This document shows positions 27,981 through 36,966 of a stretch of 64,000 bases of DNA, piece after piece. The stretch lies in the IMG/VR virus record IMGVR_UViG_3300049137_000157, positions 96,001 through 160,000 of that record; one strand, 5' to 3'. Below the pieces are notes generated by a model that worked only from the letters and a program-made list of their open reading frames with translations, was not told where the DNA came from and searched no databases. Each line of letters begins with the position of its first letter. The first letter of the stretch is position 1. The DNA is from a virus. Both the position numbers and the translations under genes were made by a program.

Positions 27981-28337
27981 TCAGTCGACGGGTCGGTTTC
28001 GGCGGACTCGGGGCCGACCGTTGCGCTCCAACAGTCGGTAGAGCCGCGAGGGGGCCATGGCGGCGGCGATACCGATCGCCTTACGGTCCGCGTTGGGGCT
28101 GGTCAGGTCCGCCTTGACGATGGCTTGCTCCCAGAACAGGTCCAAGTGGCGACGGACCTGAGACGTCCTGCTGAGCGTGGCGGTCAGTTCCTCGAAGGAC
28201 CGCGCGTGACGAGGCGGGTCCACCGTTGTCGACTGCTTCAGGGCCGCGAGAATCGCGTCCGCGAGATCCGGGTCGACATCGGAGACCGTCTCGTTGTTGC
28301 CCTCGGCGTCGTGGAACGTGATGACCTTCTTGTTCAT
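27981..28337 (-). CDS. Putative HTH DNA-binding protein
   Basis: RKAIGIAAAMAPSRLYRLLER HTH-like C-terminus; upstream TTGTGT-17-TAACGT promoter. Confidence 0.55.
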   Translation of the reverse strand: MNKKVITFHDAEGNNETVSDVDPDLADAILAALKQSTTVDPPRHARSFEELTATLSRTSQVRRHLDLFWEQAIVKADLTSPNADRKAIGIAAAMAPSRLYRLLERNGRPRVRRNRPVD

Positions 28338-28406
28338 GTACCGAACGTTACACGACTACCGATCGGTACACAAGAAGTTTCCGTACAACGTGCCACCGTT
28401 GACCGC

Positions 28407-28640
28407 GTGAGTGCATACGAAGACGACCCGACGCTCTATCCGCCGCAGCCCGACCCACCCGACGACCCCAGATTTGAGTGGATCGACGTGCAGGGCTTCG
28501 GCGACGAGGGCCCCAACTGGATCAGGGGTGCCTGTCGCCACCTGTTGTTCTCTGCGGAGTTCAGCGCCGACGGCAGGGGGCTCGCGGGCTTCCCCTGTCC
28601 GGACTGCGGGCGACGACTTCCGCCTGAGGGCAGCCCTTGA
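28407..28640 (+). CDS. Small Zn-ribbon-like protein
   Basis: GTG start; CRH...CPDCG. Confidence 0.45.
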   Translation: MSAYEDDPTLYPPQPDPPDDPRFEWIDVQGFGDEGPNWIRGACRHLLFSAEFSADGRGLAGFPCPDCGRRLPPEGSP

Positions 28641-28819
28641 AACGCCTCAGCGCCCGCCAGGAAAACGAGAAAGAAACCTGGCGGGCGCTGAAGGTTCATC
28701 TTGTCGTCGCGGGGACCATTTCCGTTTGCCCCGGGCGGCCCACGACGACATCCACTTCGCTCAACAGGTGAACCGAGAGCGTGGCCACCCTACTGAACTT
28801 GTAGACATGGAGGCAACGT

Positions 28820-29728
28820 TCAGCCGGAGAGCAGGTCGGCTATCGCCCGGGAGATGGGTTGCCCGGTGGCCAGCTCGATGAACCCGAACTGACCTCCCGG
28901 GTTGCACTCCAGGAACCACCACCGACCCTCGCGGTCCACGACGAAGTCGAACGCCCCGTAGGTCAGACCACTCAGCCCCATGAACGCGTTGACCGCAGCC
29001 TCCACGTACGGGGGTGTCGGAACTTCCTTCCACTGCACCCCTTCGGTGAACCGGACGTCCGCGTCGGCGCACTGGGCCTCGGCGCAGAACATCTCGGTGC
29101 CCACGACCGTGAGCCGGATGTCCGCGATCTTCTCCACGGCCTGCTGAAAACAGGTCGGAGACCCCGCAACCGAGGACAGGTCGACGTCGGGGGAGATCCG
29201 CGCAGTCGGCAGGGCAACGCCATCCGGCTGGCGGCCGGACACCGTCTTGCACACCATCGGACCATTGTGACTCCGAAAGTACCTGGCCTCGACATCGCAT
29301 GTCGTGACCAAGGTGGGGGGAGTGAGCAGTCCGGCCCGGTGGGCGAGGAGGAGCTGAGGCGTCTTGTAGCGAGCCCTCTCGTGGGCCTCCGGGTCATTGA
29401 CCCACCGGACCCCCGGCAAGGCCCTCAGGGAGCCGTAGAAGGCGTGCAGAGCTTCGTGCGCGGACCACTCCTGATGCGCCCCGGGAACCGCGCCAGGGAG
29501 CCCCGGGCGGCGCACCCAGACCGACCTGATCGACGACAGCAGGAGCCTGCGACGTCCGTCCCAGAGGTACCCATCGACCACCCCGTGCTCAGTGACAGAG
29601 GTGAGGTCGACCCGGCCCGGAAAATCGGCCGGGTCGACCCTGAAGACAGGCGTACCGGCCTGGTGGAGCTGGTGCACCACCATGTCCGCAGTCACGTCTT
29701 CCGGGCACGTGAGCACCAGCACCGTCAT
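28820..29728 (-). CDS. ATP-grasp RiPP maturase (graspetide synthetase)
   Basis: VWVRRP, RARYKTPQL, PPTLVT, CFQQ..K.ADIRLTVVG, YGAFDF and FLECNPGGQF ATP-grasp motifs; 9 bp downstream of a precursor-like ORF. Confidence 0.88.
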   Translation of the reverse strand: MTVLVLTCPEDVTADMVVHQLHQAGTPVFRVDPADFPGRVDLTSVTEHGVVDGYLWDGRRRLLLSSIRSVWVRRPGLPGAVPGAHQEWSAHEALHAFYGSLRALPGVRWVNDPEAHERARYKTPQLLLAHRAGLLTPPTLVTTCDVEARYFRSHNGPMVCKTVSGRQPDGVALPTARISPDVDLSSVAGSPTCFQQAVEKIADIRLTVVGTEMFCAEAQCADADVRFTEGVQWKEVPTPPYVEAAVNAFMGLSGLTYGAFDFVVDREGRWWFLECNPGGQFGFIELATGQPISRAIADLLSG

Positions 29729-29737
29729 GGCGAGGCC

Positions 29738-29920
29738 CTAGTCGTCGAAGTGGGTCTTCGACCCGGCCGTGGAGGTGGTGGTGCTGTAGAGCGAGGTGTC
29801 CGAACCAACCACTGCGGGTGTGCCATCGGACAAGATGTTGAGCTGGCGCTCCTGGTCGTAGACGTACGGAGCGGCCGAGACGCTGTGCGTCGGGACGGCG
29901 TAGTTCAGAGCGAAGTGCAC
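29738..29920 (-). CDS. ATP-grasp-modified RiPP precursor peptide
   Basis: 60 aa; leader FALNYA..PYVYD..QLN; Ser/Thr/Lys/Asp-rich core STTTSTAGSKTHFDD; GGGAG RBS. Confidence 0.85.
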   Translation of the reverse strand: MHFALNYAVPTHSVSAAPYVYDQERQLNILSDGTPAVVGSDTSLYSTTTSTAGSKTHFDD

Positions 29921-29974
29921 GGAGGTTCACTCCCTACGGGGATGAGTTTGCGAAAACTCCGGCAGCAGGGCGTC

Positions 29975-30328
29975 TCAGGAGAACATCACCAGTAGGACGT
30001 CACTTCGCCGGAGGGTGTTCCTCAGGTCCTCGAACTCGTGCTCATCAAGGCCCGTGTGCGCTCGGGACGGGATGGCAACAACTTCCGCTTCCCCGGAAGT
30101 GTGGTCGAGGACCTTCCGCCATCCTCTCCGATGATCCAGAGAGGCGTGGGGGTCTTCTTCGATCACGGTGGCCACGTGCGGCCATCCTCGGAACCGTGTG
30201 TACTCCTCCGCCTTACGGGTCAAGCGCTCCCGGGCGGCCTCGTCGGAGGTGCAGATGTATGCGACGACGGGCGTAGGCCCGTGGCGGCAGGGACGGTCGT
30301 CGTGACACCCGTACATGAGGTGAGACAT
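29975..30328 (-). CDS. Degenerate serine-resolvase catalytic-domain-like protein
   Basis: VVAYICTS..RL..KAEEY..GW..E..AS..RRGW.KVL; lacks the canonical YxRVS arginine; GAGGAG RBS before ATG 30328. Confidence 0.5.
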   Translation of the reverse strand: MSHLMYGCHDDRPCRHGPTPVVAYICTSDEAARERLTRKAEEYTRFRGWPHVATVIEEDPHASLDHRRGWRKVLDHTSGEAEVVAIPSRAHTGLDEHEFEDLRNTLRRSDVLLVMFS

Positions 30329-30493
30329 CGGGCTCCTCGGGTCGACCGGCGACAAACTCTGACGGAAGTTCACCAGGTATCTCCGGTCGTACCGCAAGAG
30401 TAGAGCCGCGAATTCACTCGAAGGAAGGCCCGGTCGAGAGAGTGGCATATGCCACTTTTCCAGCCGGGCCTTCTGTGTGCTGACCTGCGGAAA

Positions 30494-30913
30494 CTACTTC
30501 TTGGGTGGATCTTCCCGAGTGGTCCGCCGGGCACTCAGGCTGGAAACCCCACGACTGAGCGAGTCGGCGCGGTCCGCTGCGGCCAGAAGCACCATCGCCA
30601 AGCGACGGGCGTCGGTCGGGTGCATGGCCACGAAGTCGAGCTGACGCTCCCAGTCGGCCAGCACGTACGGATCCGGCTGGGCGACGTAGACGCTGTCTCG
30701 GGCCTCCGTCTCGTCCACCGACCGCACGACCCACATCGGCGGCCGATGGGCGAAGGGTGCGTGCTGCACCACCCTCCACTCGGCCCCGGCCATGGAATGT
30801 CCTGGCGGGTTGATGATGTCTGGCTTAGGGCGTTCTGCGCTCTCCGCGATGGCGACGAGCCGGTGCAGCTCTTCGCGGAGATCACCCAGCTTGAGATCGT
30901 CGAAGCCGGTCAC
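30494..30913 (-). CDS. Hypothetical protein
   Basis: GTG start overlapping the upstream stop. Confidence 0.55.
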   Translation of the reverse strand: MTGFDDLKLGDLREELHRLVAIAESAERPKPDIINPPGHSMAGAEWRVVQHAPFAHRPPMWVVRSVDETEARDSVYVAQPDPYVLADWERQLDFVAMHPTDARRLAMVLLAAADRADSLSRGVSSLSARRTTREDPPKK

Positions 30914-31077
30914 TGGCCGGAGGTTCGCTTCTGCTGCTCCCGCCACTCCAGGCGCAGCTCACGGAGATCGTTGCAGATCCCGTCGTAGACGCCTTTCGCG
31001 CGCACGAGAGTCTTTCGCGCATCTTCGGCGTCAGCTTCCAGACGCCTCTTTTGGTTTTCGTACTCTTTTTCGGTCAT
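30910..31077 (-). CDS. Small coiled-coil protein
   Basis: GGAGG RBS; charged helical sequence. Confidence 0.55.
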   Translation of the reverse strand: MTEKEYENQKRRLEADAEDARKTLVRAKGVYDGICNDLRELRLEWREQQKRTSGQ

Positions 31078-31739
31078 CACGTGACCTCCCCTTCCGATTG
31101 CAGCCAATTCAGCCCGAACGCCTCCAGAACTGAGGCAGAGACGGGGGATCCTGCGACTTCCATTTCATCGACGAGCCGTAGGGCCCGATCGGCGATCACC
31201 AGCTCCCGGGGGACGGGCGCAACGTCGTCGCCGAGGCCACGGAGGAACTCCGCGACCCTGGACCAGGAGTAGAGCGAGGTTCCCCCCACCTTCTCTTCAG
31301 GTTGCGGAAATCCTCCCGGACCTCTTTGTCCCTTTGACAGTTGCACCAGTGACTGTCGGCTTCTCCCTGCCCGTTGTGCGGCGATGTCCAGGGTTACTGT
31401 GTCGTCGTGGATCACGCGCGATGCGCGAAGCCCTTCCATCCGGCGGATCTGTCGAGAGACCAGCGCGATGGCCTCAAGGATCGAGTCAGCCTCCACGTCG
31501 CAGTACAGCTCCGACACGCCAGGGCCGCCCGTGGTGTAAGAAATGGATCCGTCTGCGAAGAGCGAAAACCATCCGTTGGCGTTGAAGTCGATCAGGTTGG
31601 TCTCAGCTCGGGTCAGTTGCCGATTGAGAGCCAGAGCGAAGGTCCATTCGACAGACACGCCCTTGTCCTTTTCTTGAGTTGCGGCATTTTTGCTCGTGGT
31701 AGTGACAGGGGTGGACTCGTTGCAATTCACCTCTGTCAT
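31077..31739 (-). CDS. DNA-binding protein (antitoxin-like N-domain plus HTH)
   Basis: VEADSILEAIALV followed by VTLDIAAQRAGRSRQSLVQL..GPGGFPQP..LYSWSRV. Confidence 0.55.
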   Translation of the reverse strand: MTEVNCNESTPVTTTSKNAATQEKDKGVSVEWTFALALNRQLTRAETNLIDFNANGWFSLFADGSISYTTGGPGVSELYCDVEADSILEAIALVSRQIRRMEGLRASRVIHDDTVTLDIAAQRAGRSRQSLVQLSKGQRGPGGFPQPEEKVGGTSLYSWSRVAEFLRGLGDDVAPVPRELVIADRALRLVDEMEVAGSPVSASVLEAFGLNWLQSEGEVT

Positions 31740-31902
31740 TTCTCGATCTTCAGGCGCTCCGCCTCCGGGTACTGATGTAGGGCTTGCCGGGTTCATGCCG
31801 CCCCTGGCAGTGAACCTTCTCGTCACCCCGGAAGTACTGGTGACCGTGATGGTTCATCTCCCCGAAGAGGTGGCAGCGGATGGTCCGGATGGCAGCCACC
31901 CC

Positions 31903-32133
31903 TCACCCCCCGGCCGATCGAGCGGCCTCAATTTCCGCCCGAGTCACGGTCTCGAAATGCCACCACCGGCCGCCCTCCCACTGCATGATCTTCGCGCTGG
32001 AGGCCGGACCCGACTCGGAGAAGACCTCGCGGATCTGGTCGTACGTTTTCCGTTCACTGGTGTGATCGGACTCGACAGGGTCCCCGGTGCCGGTCAGGAT
32101 CAGTCGCCACGGCTTACGCGGCCTCGACGCCAT
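31903..32133 (-). CDS. Hypothetical protein
   Basis: MASRPRKPWRL..., AGGAGG RBS. Confidence 0.55.
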   Translation of the reverse strand: MASRPRKPWRLILTGTGDPVESDHTSERKTYDQIREVFSESGPASSAKIMQWEGGRWWHFETVTRAEIEAARSAGG

Positions 32134-32138
32134 GATCG

Positions 32139-32408
32139 TCACCCCTCCTTGGGCGAAGCCTGATCGAGAGCGCGCTCGGTCTCGTACAGCTCCACGGCGT
32201 GCGTGGTGGCCTGGAAGATCGCCGCCCGCTCGCCGAGCTGCACCATCCCTTGCAGGGCCCGGTTGATGAGGCCGGTACTGATCCCGGCGTCGACGTCCTT
32301 GGCGAAACGGGCGAGCATCTCGGAGAGGTCCCGGGCTTCTCGGGTCAGGTGGTCCCGATCCGAGTTCATCTGGTTGGTGAGCATGCGGTGTGCATGACGG
32401 GTGGTCAC
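32139..32408 (-). CDS. Hypothetical protein
   Basis: 89 aa in a coupled chain. Confidence 0.55.
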   Translation of the reverse strand: MTTRHAHRMLTNQMNSDRDHLTREARDLSEMLARFAKDVDAGISTGLINRALQGMVQLGERAAIFQATTHAVELYETERALDQASPKEG

Positions 32409-32695
32409 GGGGCTTCCTTCTCTTCGGCGGAGCGCTGGTGGGTGACGAGCGGCAAGACGGCGGCGAGGACTTCACGGACACTGTCGGCGGAGAAAGCGCC
32501 TACGGCGCGGACTCCGGCCATGACGAGGTCGTGCGGAACGTCCTGGGGTCGAATCGGTGACGAGACGGGCTGGTCCGTGGGTGCGGAAGCCAGCAGGGCA
32601 TCTAGACAGGCGTTTGCGCGAGGAGTACTGAGTCCTGCCTGGGTCAGGTAGCCAATCAGGCGAGCCCGATGGGATACGTAGTCGTTGGTGGACAC
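32405..32695 (-). CDS. Hypothetical protein
   Basis: 96 aa in a coupled chain. Confidence 0.5.
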   Translation of the reverse strand: MSTNDYVSHRARLIGYLTQAGLSTPRANACLDALLASAPTDQPVSSPIRPQDVPHDLVMAGVRAVGAFSADSVREVLAAVLPLVTHQRSAEEKEAP

Positions 32696-32699
32696 GGCT

Positions 32700-33119
32700 T
32701 CACTCCCGGTCCTTGTCGGTGGGCGGCCCCATGCGGAAGAACACGCTGGCCAGCCCCGCGTTCACCCGATCGCGGCTACGGTTCGCCTGTTGCCGCTCGA
32801 TGCAGCGGTGCTCGGGCAGGGACTCCAGCGTCCGGGTCCGGACCCTCGTGCCACAGTCGGAGCACCGGATCAGGCCCGTCCGCTCCCACTCCCGCTCCTC
32901 CTCCAGCACCACAGCGTCGACGGCATCCGCAAGTCGGAGAATGGCGAGCCCGGGTGCACCAGACCAGTCATGACTCTCTCGCCGGATGCTCCATGCGTCA
33001 CGGCGCTCCACCGCACGGTTGATCTTCACGAACACGTCGTCGGCGAGAGGGGCCGCGAAGGCCACTAACTCTTCCTGTACCTGCCGACGGGCCTCGGCGA
33101 GCAGATCCTCGGCGCTCAC
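32700..33119 (-). CDS. Hypothetical protein
   Basis: GTG start; CSDC..HRC motif. Confidence 0.5.
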   Translation of the reverse strand: MSAEDLLAEARRQVQEELVAFAAPLADDVFVKINRAVERRDAWSIRRESHDWSGAPGLAILRLADAVDAVVLEEEREWERTGLIRCSDCGTRVRTRTLESLPEHRCIERQQANRSRDRVNAGLASVFFRMGPPTDKDRE

Positions 33120-33574
33120 TCGTCCTCCTCGACCTGGATGCTGTCCACCGGCAGTTCGGTGACGCTGTAGAAGTAGTCGCTGTAGTTGACGCAGCGCCGG
33201 GTCAGCTTCCGCATCTTCCACTCACGGCCGCCGTCGATCTCCGAGAGGTGGACCCACGTCCGGCCGATCTTGTCGACCCGGGCCGGGACGGGCGGAGTGT
33301 TGCGCATCTTGCGCGCCCCCAGGCGGACGAAGACGGTGTCACCCACGTCAGGGAGAGGCGACTCCTGCGCCATACGGGCGTGTCGGTAGTAGTCGTCGTT
33401 GACGTCGTTGAGGTTCTGGACCGAGAAGGGGACGGCTTCCTGCCAGAGTCGCTCGGCTCGCCCGAAGCCCTCCTGCTTCCACAGCCGGTGCCACAGGTCG
33501 TGCAGGTCCTCCGCCGGGGTCTCATCGATCAACACGCCGAGAACCTTCGGGTCGGTGGGGACGATGTTCGTCAT
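33116..33574 (-). CDS. Hypothetical protein
   Basis: 152 aa, GAGGAG RBS. Confidence 0.6.
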   Translation of the reverse strand: MTNIVPTDPKVLGVLIDETPAEDLHDLWHRLWKQEGFGRAERLWQEAVPFSVQNLNDVNDDYYRHARMAQESPLPDVGDTVFVRLGARKMRNTPPVPARVDKIGRTWVHLSEIDGGREWKMRKLTRRCVNYSDYFYSVTELPVDSIQVEEDE

Positions 33575-33825
33575 CGGGTCTCCTCCTCGGAGGTCTGCTC
33601 GGCGGTCACGGTGATCGTGTAGATGCCGAACCTGTCAACGTCGAAAGCACGGGAATGCCGGTTGTGCAGCTTTTGCTCAGCGCCCCCTTCGTCATCGAAG
33701 ACGCAGTAGCCCTTCAGGAAGCTCTCGTTGTCGGCGAGGACGGTGAAGGCGTTGCTCACTGCGGACCGCAGGTCCGGTGCGATGACGTACAGGGTTCGGG
33801 TGTACGTCTCGTGGATGCTGTGCAT
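33571..33825 (-). CDS. Hypothetical protein
   Basis: 84 aa, AGGAG RBS. Confidence 0.55.
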   Translation of the reverse strand: MHSIHETYTRTLYVIAPDLRSAVSNAFTVLADNESFLKGYCVFDDEGGAEQKLHNRHSRAFDVDRFGIYTITVTAEQTSEEETR

Positions 33826-33856
33826 CAGGGTCTTCTCCTTTCCGTTTCGTTTCGGG

Positions 33857-34174
33857 TCAGCAGGTTCTGACGTAGATCCTGCCGTTGTCGTCGTCGGTGA
33901 GCGTGATCACCCCGTTGTTCTCCTCCAGGTCGTCGGACCAGCAGATGTGGGTGTTGCGGCCGAGACCGTTGACCAGGGTGTCGCTGAGGATCTTCTTCAG
34001 CCGCAGGTTTTCCTCGGCGAGCGGCTTGACGACCTCGCGGTTGTGCAGGGTCACCAAAGCCTCGGCCCATTTGCGGGCGGTCTCCTCGTCCATCCCGTCA
34101 CCGGCCTTGACGAAAGCCTGCGCCAGGTAGGAGGTGATCCGTTCACCCGTGTCGTGACGGAGATCGTCGCTCAC
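33857..34174 (-). CDS. Hypothetical protein
   Basis: GTG start overlapping the upstream stop. Confidence 0.55.
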   Translation of the reverse strand: MSDDLRHDTGERITSYLAQAFVKAGDGMDEETARKWAEALVTLHNREVVKPLAEENLRLKKILSDTLVNGLGRNTHICWSDDLEENNGVITLTDDDNGRIYVRTC

Positions 34175-34476
34175 GTCCCACCGTCCTTGTGCTTCTTCAG
34201 GTGAGTCCGGACGCTCGCCTCGGTTCCCCGGTAGACGCATCCATTCTTGGGGCACTCCTGCCAAGTACCGGCTTCGACGGCCGCCAAGGTGACCGAGTTG
34301 TCCGGGCCGTACCCGTGAGCGGCAAGGAAGGCGGGGATCGAGGCCCCGTGATGGACCGCGATGTAAGCCGCTTCCGCCGCCTTGTCGTGACCCTGAGCGA
34401 AGTACCTGCGGTATCCGATCTGGGTGCCGCAACCGCAGAAGCAGTACCCGGTGGGTTCGGGGGGTGGAGTTGTCAT
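34171..34476 (-). CDS. Cys-rich hypothetical protein
   Basis: CFCGCG..YFAQGHD and CPKNGC..H motifs; first gene of the leftward operon. Confidence 0.65.
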   Translation of the reverse strand: MTTPPPEPTGYCFCGCGTQIGYRRYFAQGHDKAAEAAYIAVHHGASIPAFLAAHGYGPDNSVTLAAVEAGTWQECPKNGCVYRGTEASVRTHLKKHKDGGT

Positions 34477-34482
34477 GACGCC

Positions 34483-34512
34483 ACTCTAACAAGTCTTGGC
34501 CTATCAAGACAA
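34483..34512 (-). promoter_or_regulatory. Sigma70-type leaderless promoter with AGACTTGT direct repeats
   Basis: TTGTCT-18-TAGAGT, 6 nt before ATG 34476. Confidence 0.6.
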
Positions 34513-34940
34513 GTCTAGAAGTTTCCAGTTGCGCTTGAATGAAGCAAACCCAGTCTGACCTGCGTCTTTTCCTTGAGTTTCACTCCCGGGTCAACATTTT
34601 GAGCCTCGGAAGAGTCACGGGCTTTACAGAGCCGTCGAAGGACGCATGTAGCTCTCGTTTTTCCGAGAGCAAGCGCCGCCCTGACCAGCCGGTACGCCCG
34701 CGTAAGAACAAGTACTTATCCTCTAGGGAATCCGTCGCTGCGCTCCGGATGCCCTCCGGCCTCAGCCGGGTCGTCGTTCGGAGAAGATCTTCGATCTCCT
34801 CCTCCTCCTCCCCGGCTGGTGGGTTGGTCGCGTGCGGGGGCTTCGGGGAGGGGAGGAGGAGGATTCTCGCTTCGCTTCTCCAAGCCAGCTCCGCAGCCCG
34901 GCGCGGCGAAGGTGGTGGGCCGGAGTCCTCCCGGCTTCGC

Positions 34941-35168
34941 TTAGGGTGCGACCACTTCTATGCCCAGGGTGAGTCGCATGCCGCACAGGCTGAGTATCTG
35001 TTCCGCCCACCCAAGGCTCAGGGTGGCTTTCCCGGTCAGCATCTGGTTCAGGTGCTGGGGCGACAGACCTAGTTGCCGAGCGGCGTATGCCTGGGTGATG
35101 TCGGAGAGCAGGAGTGCTGCTCGTACCTGCTTGCGGAGTCGGTCTTCGGGGTCATGTGCATTTGTCAT
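34941..35168 (-). CDS. XRE-family HTH regulator
   Basis: ITQAYAARQLGLSPQHLNQMLTGK. Confidence 0.8.
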   Translation of the reverse strand: MTNAHDPEDRLRKQVRAALLLSDITQAYAARQLGLSPQHLNQMLTGKATLSLGWAEQILSLCGMRLTLGIEVVAP

Positions 35169-35341
35169 GAACGCAGCTTTCCTCGGGTTAGGGCCGTAAC
35201 GGCCCCCATCCTGCACCCTGTTGCGTCGTGGTTTGATCATCCGTGAAGACGAGAAAGACCTCGGTCTGCTCCATCAGTGACCCAAAGATGGGCCACTCGT
35301 AACCCAAAAATGGTAAGATCCTGCATCGAAAGGAGATTCTC

Positions 35342-35740
35342 ATGACCACACCTGATGAAAACGAAGTCCCGTCACCCGCTTCGAACGCTTCGGCCGGGCC
35401 TGTTTCCTCGGAGAGCCTCTTCGAGAACGTCCTGTCCACCGCCATGAAAACGGACCTGAGCCACGGAACCCAGAGGCTCTACACGATCCTGTGCGGAGTG
35501 GGGTATCAGACGCAGTCGGACCTGGTGCACGTGACGCCGTGGGGGCTGATGAACGTGCAACGAGGAACCAAGAACGGGCCGATGTCCCGGGCAACCGTCA
35601 CCCGGCACTTGAGGGAACTCCGCGACAAGGGCCTAGTGAAGATCATCGGCCCCCTTCGGTCCTCCGACCATCACCAGCTTCTTCTCATCCAGATCCTCCC
35701 CGTTTCACCGGTCGGGAACTTGGCGGAGAAGGTCCGCTAG
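35342..35740 (+). CDS. Winged-HTH protein
   Basis: MSRATVTRHLRELRDKGLV; AAAGGAG RBS. Confidence 0.65.
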   Translation: MTTPDENEVPSPASNASAGPVSSESLFENVLSTAMKTDLSHGTQRLYTILCGVGYQTQSDLVHVTPWGLMNVQRGTKNGPMSRATVTRHLRELRDKGLVKIIGPLRSSDHHQLLLIQILPVSPVGNLAEKVR

Positions 35741-35847
35741 CAGGGGGGACGTTCGCCTCCGGGTGTTTTCAACTACCTGCGCAACCATGCAGGTTACGAG
35801 CTAACGCAGGTTATTCTCCCCATGCCCGGCCCTGCCGGGAGGGGAGG

Positions 35848-36054
35848 ATGAGCGGCATCATGCGGGAGGAAATTCGGATACCGGACCAAGCTGGATCCGA
35901 GCGCGTGAGCGATGAAGGCCAGCAGGCACTGGATGCGTACAGAGAGTGGCGTCGCAGTCACCCAGTCCTTAGGTTTTATCCCACGAGACAGGCGCGAACC
36001 GTTCACGACGTTCTCGCGTTGATACGGGAAGAACCTGCGGTGGAGGACGAGTGA
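35848..36054 (+). CDS. Hypothetical protein
   Basis: GGAGG RBS; coupled to the next gene. Confidence 0.45.
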   Translation: MSGIMREEIRIPDQAGSERVSDEGQQALDAYREWRRSHPVLRFYPTRQARTVHDVLALIREEPAVEDE

Positions 36055-36320
36055 GGGCGACGTACGAAGTGACTGAGTGGAAGAACCGGGCTCATGCTGC
36101 TGGCGTGGGCCTGTCGGACGTGATAGCCGAGTTTCTGTCCTACGGCTTCTGCCGGGACCCCGATTTCGCGGCAGCCGTGATCCATGAGCTGGAAACCTTG
36201 ATCGGCATCTTGCGCCGGGAAGGCTACGACGAAGGTGTTCTCGACGAAGGGCGTCAGCGTCTGGACCTGCTGGCCTGGTCGGTGAAGCGGGTCGGGTGCC
36301 TCCCGGACGATCCCGCCTGA
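36051..36320 (+). CDS. Hypothetical protein
   Basis: 89 aa followed by a hairpin at about 36327-36360. Confidence 0.5.
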   Translation: MRATYEVTEWKNRAHAAGVGLSDVIAEFLSYGFCRDPDFAAAVIHELETLIGILRREGYDEGVLDEGRQRLDLLAWSVKRVGCLPDDPA

Positions 36321-36549
36321 AACGCAGAAACCCCCCGGCTCCGTGAGGAGAGGGGGGTCTCTCGGAAAGGAGAAGAAAACGTGGCTCCCCAACACAAGAA
36401 AGGAGGACGCTCTTCAGGGATGGGAGGGTGAAGTCCGCATCCGTGAACAACTTTGCCACACGATCTGGCAGCGTGCAAGCAACCAACACTGCCACGCACC
36501 ACTGACAGTCCCTCTCAAACTGCGAGAGCCCGCACCCGAACCAAGATAG

Positions 36550-36614
36550 CGAACAAGGTTGTTCGGCACCGAACACTTCTGTACGGTTGGTATATCACCG
36601 AACAACAGTGTTCG
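36550..36614. promoter_or_regulatory. Two palindromic operator-like sites CGAACA-N4-TGTTCG
   Basis: 36550-36565 and 36599-36614, plus a half-site at 36570. Confidence 0.55.
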
Positions 36615-36639
36615 GCATCGAGAGAGTGGGGGGGTAGCT

Positions 36640-36966
36640 GTGCCGCTGAGCCCGAAGGAAATCTGTCAGCTCACAGGACACGAGACGACGGACGCCGTCC
36701 GCATGGCCATGAAGCGGGGCGGAGCGACTCTCGGAGTACACGTCGTCCTCGACTTCAAGAGTTCCGTCAAGCGAGCGTACGAGGAGTCCGACGTGTGGCG
36801 GATCCTCGGCAGCCGAATCCTCGATCAGGCCGAGAAGGACCCGAAGGTGCGCGACCTGGCCTGGAAATGGCTGGAACCCGAGATCCGGCGCAGCGTGGTT
36901 CACAACCGTGCGGCCATGCTCTACCCGCAGGCCCTGGCATCGCAGGACGAGGGATCCGAGAACTGA
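36640..36966 (+). CDS. Putative DNA-binding protein
   Basis: LSPKEICQLTGHETTDAVRMAMKRG HTH-like N-terminus. Confidence 0.5.
   Translation: MPLSPKEICQLTGHETTDAVRMAMKRGGATLGVHVVLDFKSSVKRAYEESDVWRILGSRILDQAEKDPKVRDLAWKWLEPEIRRSVVHNRAAMLYPQALASQDEGSEN

Noticed and set aside
29975-30328. Phage integrase
   Set aside because: Too short, lacks the catalytic-loop Arg and the recombinase/zinc-ribbon domains; no att-like repeats noticed.
36550-36614. SOS boxes
   Set aside because: The spacer between CGAAC and GTTCG is 6 bp rather than 4; kept only as generic operators.
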